Source of the DNA: Elsinoe ampelina
Taxonomy: Eukaryota
DNA: 64,000 nucleotides
Direction: 5' to 3'
Assembly: GCA_010093995.1 (NCBI GenBank)
Contig: ML992507.1
Span: 202,781 to 266,780, forward strand
Under the pieces are notes generated by a model. It searched no databases. It was not told where the DNA came from and was given only the letters and a program-made list of their open reading frames with translations. Shown here one piece after another: positions 23,244 to 35,690 of the stretch (position 1 is the stretch's first letter; each line of letters opens with the position of its first letter). The position numbers and the translations under genes were made by a program.

Positions 23244-25468
23244 TTACCTGCTCAGCTTGTAATAATTCGGTGCGTACTCGGTCAGCCACGACTTTTCAAT
23301 CTTTGTGATGTCCCGGATGAAAATTTTGTCCCCCGTCTCCATGACTTCGTGGAATATGACCCAGTCTGCTTTCCGGTTCTGTGACTGCGTCAGTGTCTGC
23401 CAAGCTATACCGCGCGTCAGGTACTCACAAACATGAGCGAGCTCGGATGAGCATGCATTGTGGTTCCCCCATCGACAGTCTTAAAGGTCCCATCTGGCTG
23501 CATCCTTGCCGCGTTGGCAAAGTAACCAGTTGTGAGGCATCGCCGGATCTTTTCGGTCTTGCTGTTGAGATCTGTGTCGCCGCTCTGTTCGCGTCTTGCC
23601 AAAGTCTCCTCCACGTTGATGCCAAACCGCTCAAGGTATTTACGCAATTGGTTCCGCACGCTCACGGCTTTGCTCAGACTCTTGAAGTTCAATCGATGAT
23701 TTCTGCACCAGCTTGCATCTTTCTTCCCTGCCGTCACGAAGGCCTGATAGACATTGAGAAGTGTCATGTGATCCCCTTCATCTACCGCGAACTTCCAACG
23801 AGACGTTTCCATTGCCTTCTTCTCGCCCTCGTGCTGCACCCACACGGCGCCCTGCAGCGTGGTCATTGCCGCAATGGTAAGAATTTCGCTCAAGCAGCCA
23901 AACGTCGAAGCCGACAGTAGCACCTTGGCCATCATAGGCTCAACAGCCAATTCTGCCATGCGCACTCCCAGTGGCTTGGTCAATCTCGCGTAGTCATCCA
24001 ACGCACCCAGCGAGTACAGCAACTCCAATCCGCGCACTACTAGACTTGATGGTGGCGGTGTTAGGTAGGGAAATTTGGCGATGTTGTCGATTCCGAGACA
24101 CTTGAGCTGCAGGATCACAGGCGCCAGATTGCTTCGACGTGTTTCCGGGATCGACGCTTCGTCCAATGACTTGTAGTCGTCCTCAGTGTAGAGCCTGAAG
24201 CATTTGCCAGGCTTCATACGACCTGCCCGTCCAGCTCGCTGCGTAGCTGCGGCTTTCGAAACCGGTCTTGCCGTCAGCGTCTCGATTCCTGTATCTGGAT
24301 TGTACGCTCGCAGCTTGACGAACCCGCTATCAATGACGAACACGATGCCTGGTATTGTGACGGAAGCTTCCGCGATGTTGGTCGAGACGATAACCTTCCT
24401 CGTGTTCTCGGGAGTCTCTTCAAAGACGTACATTTGCTGTTCTGTGGACAGTCCAGCGTAGAGTGGCAGAGGATAGAGACTGTCCTGATCTTTTGGCAGG
24501 GAGGGTAGCCGATCTGCAATCATTTCGATGCAAGTCTCGATTTCGTCTCGTCCTGTCAAAAACACGAGTATGTCGCCTGTGCCATCTGTGGTATGAATGT
24601 CGAAAATGGCTTGCACAGCTCGTTCCACATAGCTTTCTGCTGGCGACATGAGATATTCAATGTCGACTGGATACATTCGTCCTTCCACGCTTATGATAGT
24701 CGAGCTCTTGGGCTCATTGGCACTTGATTCCTTGCTGGCGGCGCTGTTCGTGTCTGTTATCTCTTTGGAGCTCGTTTTGCCGACAGACTCCTCGTCTTCC
24801 GCGAAGAATCCCAGGAAATCTTCCGCTTGCAATGTCGCGCTGCTCACGATAATTCGTAGATCCTTTCGTCTCTTCTTGATCTTCTTCAAGATGCCAAGCA
24901 GGACATCCGAGCTTAGTGACCGCTCATGCGCTTCATCCACCATAATCACGGAATATCTTGAGAGGAGCGGATCGACCAGTGCTTCCCGTAATAGCAAGCC
25001 ATCGGTCAAGAACTTGATCTTTGTGGCCGCGCTTGTCACATCTTCGAACCGGATCGAGTATCCGACCTGGATGAATCAGGATTTTGGCATTGTGTGATTG
25101 TCGAAGCACATACCTCTTGACCCAATTGAACCCTCATCTCCTCCGCCACTCTCGCCGCCACCGTCGTTGCTGCCACTCTTCTGGGCTACCAATCTATGAG
25201 GACACTGTCATAATCTCACAACCTACCGTGACTGTCTCGGACCTACTTGAGTTACGGCAATGACATGCCCTTCAGAAGCCCATCCTGCTTGTTCTAAAAA
25301 CTGAGGAACCTGTGTAGTCTTGCCACTACCGGTTTGACCGACCAGGATCAACACCTGGTGCTTCTCTACAGCGTAAAGAATGCTGTCACGATGCTTTGCG
25401 ATAGGCAGAAGCGCTGATGGCTTGTGCAGAGCTGCAATGAAAGTATCGGCAATCAGCTGGTCGCCCAT
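23244..25468 (-). CDS. DEAH-box RNA helicase, DHX35-like
   Basis: LLPIAKHR, GQTGSGKTTQ, DEAHER, SAT, STNIAEASVTI, QRAGRAGR, HA2 and OB-like C-terminus. Last exon NRKADWVIFHEVMET...YYKLSR* ends at 23244. Three introns. Confidence 0.9.
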
Positions 25469-25894
25469 CTTGTCCGCTCGTATGCGACCTCAGCCACGTA
25501 TGTGCGCTTCAATCGTCCTCATGGCGGTGATGACATTGTAAAATGCATTCGGACGTTGTCAGAGCGACGATGTCACAGCAAGAGAAGAAATTATGGTATC
25601 GAGGCAGGTGAGCATGGCGTTTCGGCCTTGTTCAAACTCATCATGCGAGGTCGGCACGAGTCATGCATTTCAACATCTCGACGAGCAGCCAGTCATTCTT
25701 CCAGTACCGCCAGCATACAGCGATAGCTACGAGTGCTCTATCTAATTACACAATTGAACATTATCGACGGGTACGGAACCCTTGGCTGCGGTGGTCCCAC
25801 ACGGAATAGTTGTCCGAACTCCCCGGTATACATCTACCATAATCAGCTGGAGATGCGACCCGATTGATGATAGAACGAACACCCCTTGGAGACC

Positions 25895-28792
25895 ATGTTC
25901 TCATCGGCACTCAAGTCTTTCTCCTCGAACATCTCCTCGAACTATAGTCTTTCGCCTCAGCCAATCTCACACTGTGGACCATGGAAGATCTTCGACGCCA
26001 AGCGGAAGTCTACTGGAAAGGCTGCCTCGGTATTCGTCTTTGATAAGAAATCGTTGGAACCGCAAGGAGGTGGACTTGGTGGAAGATCTGGAGGGTCCTC
26101 AGTGAAGGCCGCGCAGCAAGAGGTTTTTGACAGATTGAAGAGGGAGGCGTCGTCCCTGGCAAGACTGCGGCATCCCAATATTCTGGAGCTCGCCGAACCG
26201 GTTGAGGAGACACGAAATGGAGGTCTTATGTTCGCGACTGAGCCGGTGACGGCCTCACTGGCTGCGCTGCTGGCGGACCAGGATGACAAAGAGCTTTCAG
26301 GAGGTGCCCGAGGACGGTCAAGCAGGTATGTGGTCAAGGAGTCAGAGGAGGGTGCTGCAGCGAAGGAGTTCGAGCTGGATGAGCTCGAGATACAAAAAGG
26401 CCTCCTTCAGATTGGTAAGGGACTGGAGTTCTTGCATGAAAGCGCTGGTCTTGTCCATGGAAACTTGACGCCAGATGCGATCATAGTCAATTCGAAAGGA
26501 GACTGGAAGATCACTGGCATGTCCTTCACAGGTGCTTCTTCGGACTCGAATAAACCAGGCTCTACTCCTTCCATCTATCTTTCAGAGGTGCTCAACCATG
26601 ATCCGCGATTGCCACAAGCTGTCCAGCTCAATCTGGACTACACCTCGCCAGATTTTGTACTGGACAACAATCTCACTTCTGCAGCTGACATGTTCTCACT
26701 TGGACTGGTGATCATAGCACTGTACAACTCTCCTCACAAGAGTCCTGTTGAGTGTCATGGGAGTTTATCGTCCTACAAACGAACATTCGCTTCTTCATCC
26801 ACGGTACCCTCAGTAAACAACAACTTCTTGTCCAAAGGAAAGTTCCCGTCCAATCTAGCAACCGACTTGCTTCCCAAATTAATCACCCGTCGACCAGCAC
26901 AAAGACTTAGCGCAAAGACATTGCAAGAAGCCCAATATTTCGACAACATTCTTGTATCGACGATCAGGTTCCTTGACTCTTTACCCGGGAAGTCAGCGAG
27001 CGAAAAGAATCAATTCCTCAAAGGCCTCCCAAAGATTATGCCCCAATTTCCAGGATCTGTCCTCGAGAAGAAGGTTCTACCTGCTCTGCTAGAAGAAATG
27101 AAGGACCGCGACCTGCTCGCGCCAATCCTGCAAAACGTGTTCGCCATTGTCAAAGCCTCTACTGACGGCAAGCGACCTTTCATTGACAAGGTAATACCAA
27201 AGTTGCGTGAGGTCTTCATTCCAAGCGGCAAGTCAACAACCTCGGAGAAAGATCCCAGCAAGGAAGCTGGGCTTATGGTCGTGTTGGAGAACATGTCGAC
27301 TGTCGCGGATAGCACTTCTGGAAAAGAGTTTCGAGATGGTATGTCACTCCTAGTGGACTGTGAGAGATTGGCGCTGACTGTTGCAGATATACTTCCAATC
27401 ATCGCCGTGGGCCTAAGCTCGTCAACGCACGCAGTTGTTGATGCTGCTCTATCGACACTTCCGGCGGTCACCCCGAAACTTGACTATACCACGATCAAGA
27501 ACGAGCTGTTTCCGGTTATCGCTGGTGTCTTCGCTCATACAAACTCCTTAGCCATAAAAATTCAAGGGCTTGAGGCGTTTTATACCCTTTGTGGAGGTAC
27601 TGAGGACGCTGAATTGCCGATGGGAGACGGGCTTGACGGCTCTATTGTCAACCACGACCAGGGCAGAGCGAGTACCAGCGCCGTTCTAGACAAGTTCACC
27701 ATCCAAGAGAAGATCATCCCACTGATGAAGGGCATCAAGACTAAAGAGCCCGCTGTCATGGTAAGCTCAATATATTTTTCGTCAGTATCCCACTGACACC
27801 AGCAGATGGCTGCCATGAAAGTCTTCAGGCAAGTTGGGAAAGTTGTGGACACCGACTTCATCGCAACAGATATCCTGCCAGTCTTATGGAGCTTCGCACT
27901 CGGACCTCTGCTCGACCTGCAGCAGTTCCAGACATTCATGACCCTCATTAAGTCCCTCTCGGCACGGATTGAGCGCGAACATAGCAGGAAGCTACAAGAG
28001 CTCTCATCGAGCAATGCATCAGCTTCAATACGATCAACACGAACAGCAAGTGCCTTCAAATCTGGGCCAACAGCTACGAATGGGGACGATGTTGACTTCG
28101 AATCGCTCGTCAGCGGCCGCAAGGCAAACGGCACGCCAGACATCATCAACGACTGGGACGGACCCGCCAAACCAAATTTGCCAACCAATGGCACATCCCC
28201 GTGGGCCTCGCAAGTGTCCGCCAGGACCCCAGCAATCAATTCCCTACGCCCACAACAAAGCACATATCGCTCAGTGACACCCGACCAATCTCTGAACGCC
28301 TTCACATCCCTCACACCTGCAAGCGCCTTCAACGCGCCCTTACAACCAAACCGAGCCGGCTCCGTTTCCTCCACCACCTCCATCCCCTCCCAGCCCGCAC
28401 AACAACCGACTGTCGACTGGTCCTCCGCCATGTCGCCCACAGCCAACATTTGGGCTCAGAACTCCGCCGGAACGTCCGCAGGCAATAGCCCAATGGCCAC
28501 TCGTCAGCCCTCGAATAGCTTCACCATTGCTCCACCACCCAAGAGTCCACCGATTGGCGGGATCAACTACGGTGGCTTGAACGGCATGGCCGGCACAAAT
28601 GGAATGGCAAGTAGACCTGCAGGGCAAGCGCTAGTCCAGCCGATGCGACCAGTAACGCAGCAGCGGACGCAGTCGATGGGGCAGACAATGGCGCAGATGC
28701 AGCAGCCTATGATGCAACCTCAATCGCAACACCAACAACAGCAGCAGCAGCAACAGATTTCGGGGTTGGATAAGTATGAGAGCTTGCTTTAG
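25895..28792 (+). CDS. SCY1: SCY1-family pseudokinase with HEAT repeats
   Basis: MFSSALKSFSSNISSNY; LKREASSLARLRHPNILEL; VHGNLTP; C-terminal GLDKYESLL; introns near 27339-27386 and 27761-27805. Confidence 0.92.
28730..28757 (+). repeat. CAA/CAG poly-Gln tract in the SCY1 C-terminus
   Basis: caacaacagcagcagcagcaacag, encoding QQQQQQQQ. Confidence 0.7.
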
Positions 28793-28904
28793 ATGTGGAC
28801 GATCATAGATACCCTAATGATATCATGAATCGCATTACTTTGGTCATTCGCCGAAAAACGATCACATGTTCAGAGAACTCCTCCAGATCATCCACTACCG
28901 TTGT

Positions 28905-30572
28905 TCAATCGAAGAAATTCGGATCCGGTTCCGGCTCACTCTCGTCCCCCGACGACTCACTCGGGGCCATCTCATAGTCCTCGATATGATCCCACGCACC
29001 AGGAAAAGTGTAGCTGGTGTTGAATCTGGCGTTCTTTCTGAAATAACGATGATTTTTCACCTCGTCGGAGGTGACGACGCTTGCGGCTGTCCTGGAAAAA
29101 TCATAATCATGCCCGTCGTACATTTTGACTCGTGAATACCCAAAGTAAGTATCGGCATTGAGGTCTTTCGGCGGGAAGTGAGGAAAGTGCTCTCGCATCT
29201 GCTGGATTGGTAAGGGGCATATCTCGCGCTCAATGTCGAATTCTCGGAGACGGGTCTCGACTTGTTTGCCTTGCTCGGTGGCGAGACGGTGGAGCTCTTC
29301 TTTGAACCAAGGGTTAGAGCTGGCGTCTGCTTCGAGGTAAAGGAAGCGGTCGGTGGGATCGGGTTGTGCTTCGGAGAAGAGCAGCGTGTAGTTGATGACG
29401 ATTGCGGCACGGGCGACTGCCTGTCGCATGGATGGGCAACGACGGAGGACCTCTTGATATGTGTCGCTTTCGGCTTGCACGGGATACCAGATTTGGTATG
29501 CAGTTGTTTCGGCTGTCACACGAGAGACGTCGCCGCACATGATATAGCGGGCGGTGATAGCGTCTTGTATGGCGGGGACGGAGAGGAATTCGGTTTGAAG
29601 GGAGCACCACTTTGCGAAGAAGGGATGGTGGTAGATACCTCGTACGACAGCACATATCTCTGAACGGTTTTCCGGATCCCAAGGTCTTCGAAGGCTGGCA
29701 TAGCGGTCGATATTTCCCTCTGCTGCAGCAGTGAAGATGAGCAGATCCTTGTTCTTGAGATTCGGGAGATGACGGGGAAGGGGCATGTATAGCAATGGCG
29801 TGATGTCGGCCAACTTTCTCCTGTCCTTGACACGAAATGCATCAATAGACTGGTCTTCCGTTATGTTGAATAGCTGTCGATGGAAACCTTGAGTGTAATG
29901 AGGCTCAGAACCCCATTCTTTCAATGCCCATCTGCCGTCTTTTGTGATGTCGTTGAGTCTGAGTAGTCTCTGTTTTATGTCAAGCGAAGAGCGGACGGCG
30001 GTGTCGCAGTTGAGACCGCGGACAGGTTTGGGATGTTCCAATTCGGTATGCCCGGTGTAGTCGTCGAGTACTCGATACAGCACCGGCTGGCTCGTAACAG
30101 CTTCGTAGATCTCCATACTCCCGCTGTCCTGAGCTTCCTCCCCAATCGAAGCATCCGGCAGAAGATCCAGTTCCTTGTACAAATCGGCGTAGCCAGCTAC
30201 TGCGCAAGCACGACCGACCTGGTATCGGAGCGAAGGATACTTCTGCGCAACCTGGCGGTAGGTGTCTTCGCTCGCTACCTCAGGGTGCCAAATGCAGTAA
30301 GCACATTCCGAGAGAGGATCAGACATCTCAGGTATTCGGTTGCTCATGATCGCTCGTGCGTTCAGTGCTCTGTCAAAGTCGTTGGCCGTGCCTCGTAGTT
30401 CTTCGGCAAACCCATCATGATATCGTATTCCGCGAATGACACATAGTCGGGCAACTTCTGGCCCTAGAACTTCTGGTACTTGCTCGCCGCGCATCGCAGC
30501 TTTGCAACGATCTTTGGTCAACTTCGCCATGCCCTGGCTTACGAGCGTCTTGCTATCGACCCAGAGCCCCAT
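28905..30572 (-). CDS. Fungal hypothetical protein with an internal two-fold domain duplication
   Basis: Intronless 555-aa ORF. Module RGIRYH..ARAIMS..YCIWHP..EDTYRQ..PSLRYQVGRACAVAGY recurs as RGIYHH..ARYIMC..YQIWYP..SDTYQE..PSMRQAVARAAIVINY. Confidence 0.8.
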   Translation of the reverse strand: MGLWVDSKTLVSQGMAKLTKDRCKAAMRGEQVPEVLGPEVARLCVIRGIRYHDGFAEELRGTANDFDRALNARAIMSNRIPEMSDPLSECAYCIWHPEVASEDTYRQVAQKYPSLRYQVGRACAVAGYADLYKELDLLPDASIGEEAQDSGSMEIYEAVTSQPVLYRVLDDYTGHTELEHPKPVRGLNCDTAVRSSLDIKQRLLRLNDITKDGRWALKEWGSEPHYTQGFHRQLFNITEDQSIDAFRVKDRRKLADITPLLYMPLPRHLPNLKNKDLLIFTAAAEGNIDRYASLRRPWDPENRSEICAVVRGIYHHPFFAKWCSLQTEFLSVPAIQDAITARYIMCGDVSRVTAETTAYQIWYPVQAESDTYQEVLRRCPSMRQAVARAAIVINYTLLFSEAQPDPTDRFLYLEADASSNPWFKEELHRLATEQGKQVETRLREFDIEREICPLPIQQMREHFPHFPPKDLNADTYFGYSRVKMYDGHDYDFSRTAASVVTSDEVKNHRYFRKNARFNTSYTFPGAWDHIEDYEMAPSESSGDESEPEPDPNFFD

Positions 30573-31219
30573 TTCTGTTGTCTACTGATAAGCTTCGAAT
30601 AGATATACTGGAATGTAATCGGACATTAACAAGCACTGTAATGAATCTCACTATATCAGGATTGAAGACGCAGATGAGTCACATCACTGGTCCTCCTCTG
30701 GCAATGTCGGTGGCCTCGTTGTGGCACGGCAAGCCACGTCTTGGCCTCACCTACCAGTGATTGTAGAGGGGGTAAGACGAAGAGAACTGCCTGCCCATGG
30801 CGATTTTGTGTGGTACTTGTACTGGAGTGTGACGGCACTTATTCGTTGATGAAGGAGCAAGCCATTGTGGCCACGGACAGCCGATCGGCGATAGGGTCAA
30901 GAGCTGGCCAGTCAGGCAGACTGCTATTATTTCTTTCCCGTCTCGATTGTTATACGTGGTCCAATGCCGACATGCAGAAGTCGAGCTGTGATAGCTCTGA
31001 TATAAGTGGACGAAATTGTGATGATGCGATGTGATTGGGTGATTGCAACCTCCACCATACCGGTAATTACGCATCCCCGAACTTCGGAGATGTTTTATTA
31101 CAGCACTTATACACAGTTCTCTCTTCTTCGACAATCGAACATCAGGTTAGGCTCCTAGGAAATCTGGGATATCTGACGTGACCGGCGATGGGCGTGTCCT
31201 GAGCGAGGGTACTCACAAA

Positions 31220-32777
31220 ATGATACATGAGCGCCATGCTAGGGTCGGGAGATCTTCTCTCGCTGGCGATGGGCTCTTTGCCAATCGTGACATAGAAGAG
31301 GGAGAGCTCATCGCTTCGCTCCCACGGCCTTTGATCGCTGTACTCAGTCTCGGTTTCACACCCAAAACCTGCGGTAACTGCTTCAGATCGACCCACGAGC
31401 CCGAGGGCCTTGAACCAGTAGAGAATGTCAACTTCTGCACCGGCTGCAAAAGGATCAAGTACTGCTCCAAGACATGTCAGGCGCAAAGCTGGAAGCGTAG
31501 CCACAAGCTGGAATGTAAAATCTACCAGGCACGCAATCCACCGCCGCTGCCAAGTGCGGTGAGACTTGCACTGCAATTGGTGTTGATGAAAAATAATAGG
31601 ACATTGACAGACGAAGAGTCAAAAGCAATTGACAAGATGGCAAAGAACGAGCTAGTCCTGGACGATGGATCCGACGACATCCTGATGGGAATGGATGCTG
31701 TCTACGACCTGCTCAGATTCGATCCAAAGAGCCGTAACGTATCTCGCGGCGAGATTGAGTCCATATTTTCTCTGGTAGGACTGTGTTCCATACCCCGATG
31801 AACGGATGCTGACAAGATTCGAGATGCTAACAAATACCTTGACTCTGGTACATCCCATGATGGAGGACATTGGTCTGGCATTGGATCCGTTCATCAGCAA
31901 AGCCAATCACTCCTGTGATCCAAATGCTATCGTGGTATTCGACGGGTGTGTACCTTCCATACGGTCTGTTCGACCGATTGCAAAAGACGAGGAGATCTGC
32001 CAATCTTACATTGACTTCACCCTTGATCGGGCGACTCGGCAGCAACGACTTGCTAGTCTCTACGGCTTCAAATGCATATGTCCGAAATGTGCTTCGGAAG
32101 ATCCTGAAGCGCCACCCCAGATCATAATAGACCTCCACAAAGCCTACGAAAGGGTGAAGGCCGCCAACAATCCTACCGTGGCGATCCCTCTGTTGAAGGC
32201 CATCCTGGTCAAAGCCCAGGCGCATAAGGTCCCTGCCACATGCCAGCCCATCCCGGATACCTACCAGCTTCTGGCTACCTGCAGCAACATCGCTGGAGAC
32301 TACCGAACATCATTCCTGATACTCATCAAGCTTTTCTTCACCATCGATCCCAAATTATACAAGAAGCGTTTCTTCGTCACCCGCGTGATCCACACTTGGA
32401 CTCTGGCTTTAGTTTTGAACGAATACTCAGCGAAATACAAAGATCTCAATCAGCCGGAGGGCTTCAAGAACGAATGGGGTATCGACGACATCATGATACC
32501 AATGTTCAACATCACGAACATCCTGAAGAAGGATATACTGAGAAGTCATGGCCCAGGAAGATTCGCAGATGTGGTTGATAAGATGGCGTCTCAGTTCCAT
32601 GAAGTCTTACAGTCTGGACCTCAATTTATTGGGCAGTATATCAGGGACGACCCAGGCAATGTGTGGTTGCAATTCGAGAGGCTGAAGCATAACAAGATCG
32701 ACCTTTCGGGCGCAGCACCGTCGATATATGAAGATCCGGCAGTAGCTTTGGGATTGATTGCAGAACCAGTAGATTAG
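31220..32777 (+). CDS. SET and MYND domain (SMYD-type) lysine methyltransferase
   Basis: GDGLFA (SET-N); MYND CGNC..CTGC...YCSKTCQ..W...HKLEC; NHSCDPN; EEICQSYID; post-SET CICPKC; intron 31775..31823. Start codon uncertain. Confidence 0.88.
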
Positions 32778-33046
32778 GTGACCTTGGAAGGTCTGGAGTG
32801 TACAAGTTCGACAAGGGAGAGGTGTTGACCAAAGACCCTTCGAGGTCGATGGGAGTAATAAAGCCCGCAACTAGCCGCTGTGCCGAGATCGGACTTTGTA
32901 GAGAGACTCAAATGCACTTCATCCTAGAAACAACCAATACAGCACGCGAGGAGTCATACGGCCAATTGTTGCTGCACAAAACGTCCCTAAAAGTGTTACC
33001 TTAGCATACGGCCTAGAAACATCATCGTCCTTGATTTGCAGCATCA

Positions 33047-34343
33047 ATGGCACGCACAGCGCTTGCTAGAGCTCTCTTGCGCCAACGTCCTTCACATACA
33101 CTCACACAGTCACTCCGAAAGAGTCTTATACCATGTCGCCCCTACAGTCTCGCAGCAGACGATGCGTCGGATCCGAAACTCCGAAGACTGGACACGGCAG
33201 CCCTCACTGTGCAGAAGACCACGACACCGAAGGAAATCACACCGAATGAAGAGCTTGTCTTTGGCCGACACTTTTCAGATCACATGCTCACAATCGAGTG
33301 GACGGCGTCAGAAGGATGGCTCGATCCGCGTATTACACCGTATCAAAACTTTTCGTTGGACCCGGCAACATGTGTGTTCCACTATGCGTTCACTTGCTTC
33401 GAGGGGTTAAAGGCATACAAGGACAAGCAAGGGAATGTGAGATTGTTTAGACCGGACAAGAACATGGCGAGAGTGAACAAATCGGCAGCGAGGATTGCAT
33501 TGCCTACATTCGAGGGCGACAAGATGATCAAGCTCATCAAGGACTTTGTTAAGACGGACGAGCGTTTCGTACCTTCGTAAGTTCAAGGACGATTGTTTCG
33601 ACGTGACCAGATCACTGACCAAGAACAGAACAAAAGGCTACTCCCTATACCTCCGACCAACCCTCATTGGCACCCAACGCACCCTCGGCGTCGGCCCACC
33701 TGGCTCCGCTCTCTTCTACTGCATCGCCTCCCCGGTGGGCCCATACTACCCCACGGGTTTCAAAGCCATCTCCCTCGAGGCAACCACCTACGCGGTCCGA
33801 GCATGGCCCGGCGGCGTCGGCAACGCAAAGCTCGGCGCCAATTACGCCCCGTGTATCGTCCCCCAGATGCAAGCTGCAAAGCGTGGTTACCATCAGAACC
33901 TCTGGCTCTTCACGGAGAATGGCGAGGAGTACGTCACGGAGGTCGGCACGATGAACCTCTTCACCGCGTGGGTGGCGGAGGATGGCGTGAAGGAGTTGAT
34001 CACGGCGCCACTGGACGGGACGATTTTGGAAGGTGTGATGAGGGATAGTGTGCTTGAGCTTGCGAGGGAGAGGCTGGTGCCGGATGGGTGGAGGGTGACT
34101 GAGCGGAGATTCACAATGAAGGAAGTCGATAAGGCGGCGAGTGAGGGGAGGATGCTGGAGGTTTTCGGGTCGGGTACAGCGGCTGTTGTCAGCCCTGTGA
34201 GGAACATAGGTTGGAGGGGGAAGACGATTGATTGTGGTCTTGAGCCGGGTAAGGAGGCTGGGCCTGTGGCGCAGAAGATGTGGGATTGGTTGGCGGAGAT
34301 TCAGTACGGGGAGATAGAGCATCCGTGGAGCTGGAAGATATGA
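33047..34343 (+). CDS. BAT1: Branched-chain amino acid aminotransferase, mitochondrial presequence
   Basis: Arg-rich N-terminus; [43 protein letters not shown] (PLP Lys); EVGTMN; intron ~33577..33628. Confidence 0.95.
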
Positions 34344-34672
34344 TGCGAGGTAGATCAGCGTATGGAGGTATGTATATACGCTGCAGATGATTTGCTATCA
34401 CGCTGATTCCCGTTGTGAGCATTGTCTCACTCTGTCCCTCTAGATTGTGCTTGAGGAACCATGTGATTACCATACATGCCCCGGAGCCCCGGTGCGAGGC
34501 AGGCCCAAGATTTTCCGAACGCCCCAAGGGCACAGCATGCCTCGCGCACCGGCCGGTTTGCAAAGAAGATTGATGTTATACCATGCTCAGATTTTCAGAC
34601 GCCGAATGCCTTTTGAGGGCACCATCCAGGTCCCATCCTTCTTATTCATACCCCGATACCACAGCACTATGG

Positions 34673-35122
34673 TCATCCTAGAACGAAAGCAGCCATTGCC
34701 CCAAACCTTTTCGATACATGTACCGGCTCGACTGTCTTCTTCCCTCTTAATTTCTCTTTGTGTCGTCTTTCTCTTACAAGTCGTACATTCTCGTAGTAGC
34801 CTGCTCGCTTGTCGGATATGAGATAATTTTTTTTGCTGCCCCTGCCAGCTACTGCTACGATATCAGCAGCTGCCAAAGCAGCTCCACGTACCGGCCAAGG
34901 CGGCGTTGTATCAATGGAGCCTCGCGAACGAGTCGACCTCACCGATTCGTCGTCAGAGGAGTCCGTTGATCTTGTGAGCTGCGGTAGTATCTGTGCCACG
35001 ATAGTAATGGGGGAAAGGCGAGGCCACCCGGACTCGCCGATGATGTCGTGCGTCGAAATCGGGATAGTGATGATAGGAATGTCTTGACCGTTGACTTTGG
35101 CGTATGACGAACCGCGACTCAT
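34673..35122 (-). CDS. Possible small hypothetical protein (~149 aa)
   Basis: ATG-initiated ORF MSRGSSYAKV... filling the gap between BAT1 and the NLR; no recognisable domain. Confidence 0.3.
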   Translation of the reverse strand: MSRGSSYAKVNGQDIPIITIPISTHDIIGESGWPRLSPITIVAQILPQLTRSTDSSDDESVRSTRSRGSIDTTPPWPVRGAALAAADIVAVAGRGSKKNYLISDKRAGYYENVRLVRERRHKEKLRGKKTVEPVHVSKRFGAMAAFVLG

Positions 35123-35690
35123 CTTGAAGGTGATCCGGTTTGACAAAGTTCATTCCGCTACTGTGCAGAACTGTGATCAGTGCTGTCCCATGGTGGGTCC
35201 GCTCCGGCGTGGGTGAAGCCTGCCTTGATATGCTGCAAGCGGGGTTCCTTAAGACTTGTTCGCTTGATATCTTCGGGCTATTGAATGGCCCGTCGACAGA
35301 TTAATGCTGGCCACGAGGACCATTATCGCAATCGAGGCAACGTCCTTTGCCGTCAGGCAAACGCTAATGCAAGCCAGTCGTATATTTGGGCATGCAGGAC
35401 CCCGCGCTAATGCATCACTAGCTGCACCAAAATATAGATGCACTCTCGTCTCAGTATTATAAGCGCATCAAGGAACGCAGACACCGAAGCAATTCAAGAC
35501 TGTCCCGAGCTATGGAATGCGTCAGACTGAGACTTAGCTTCTTGCCCCCATTGCATCGTCTCGCTCACGAATGACTGGCGTTCTGGATCAGGCCAATGCA
35601 CGACTGAATAATGGTTCCAGGGGAGGTGTCGTGCAGACGCTGCAGGATTCGAGCGTCAGATTCTGGAGATGCAAGTGTGAACAAGCGGAA

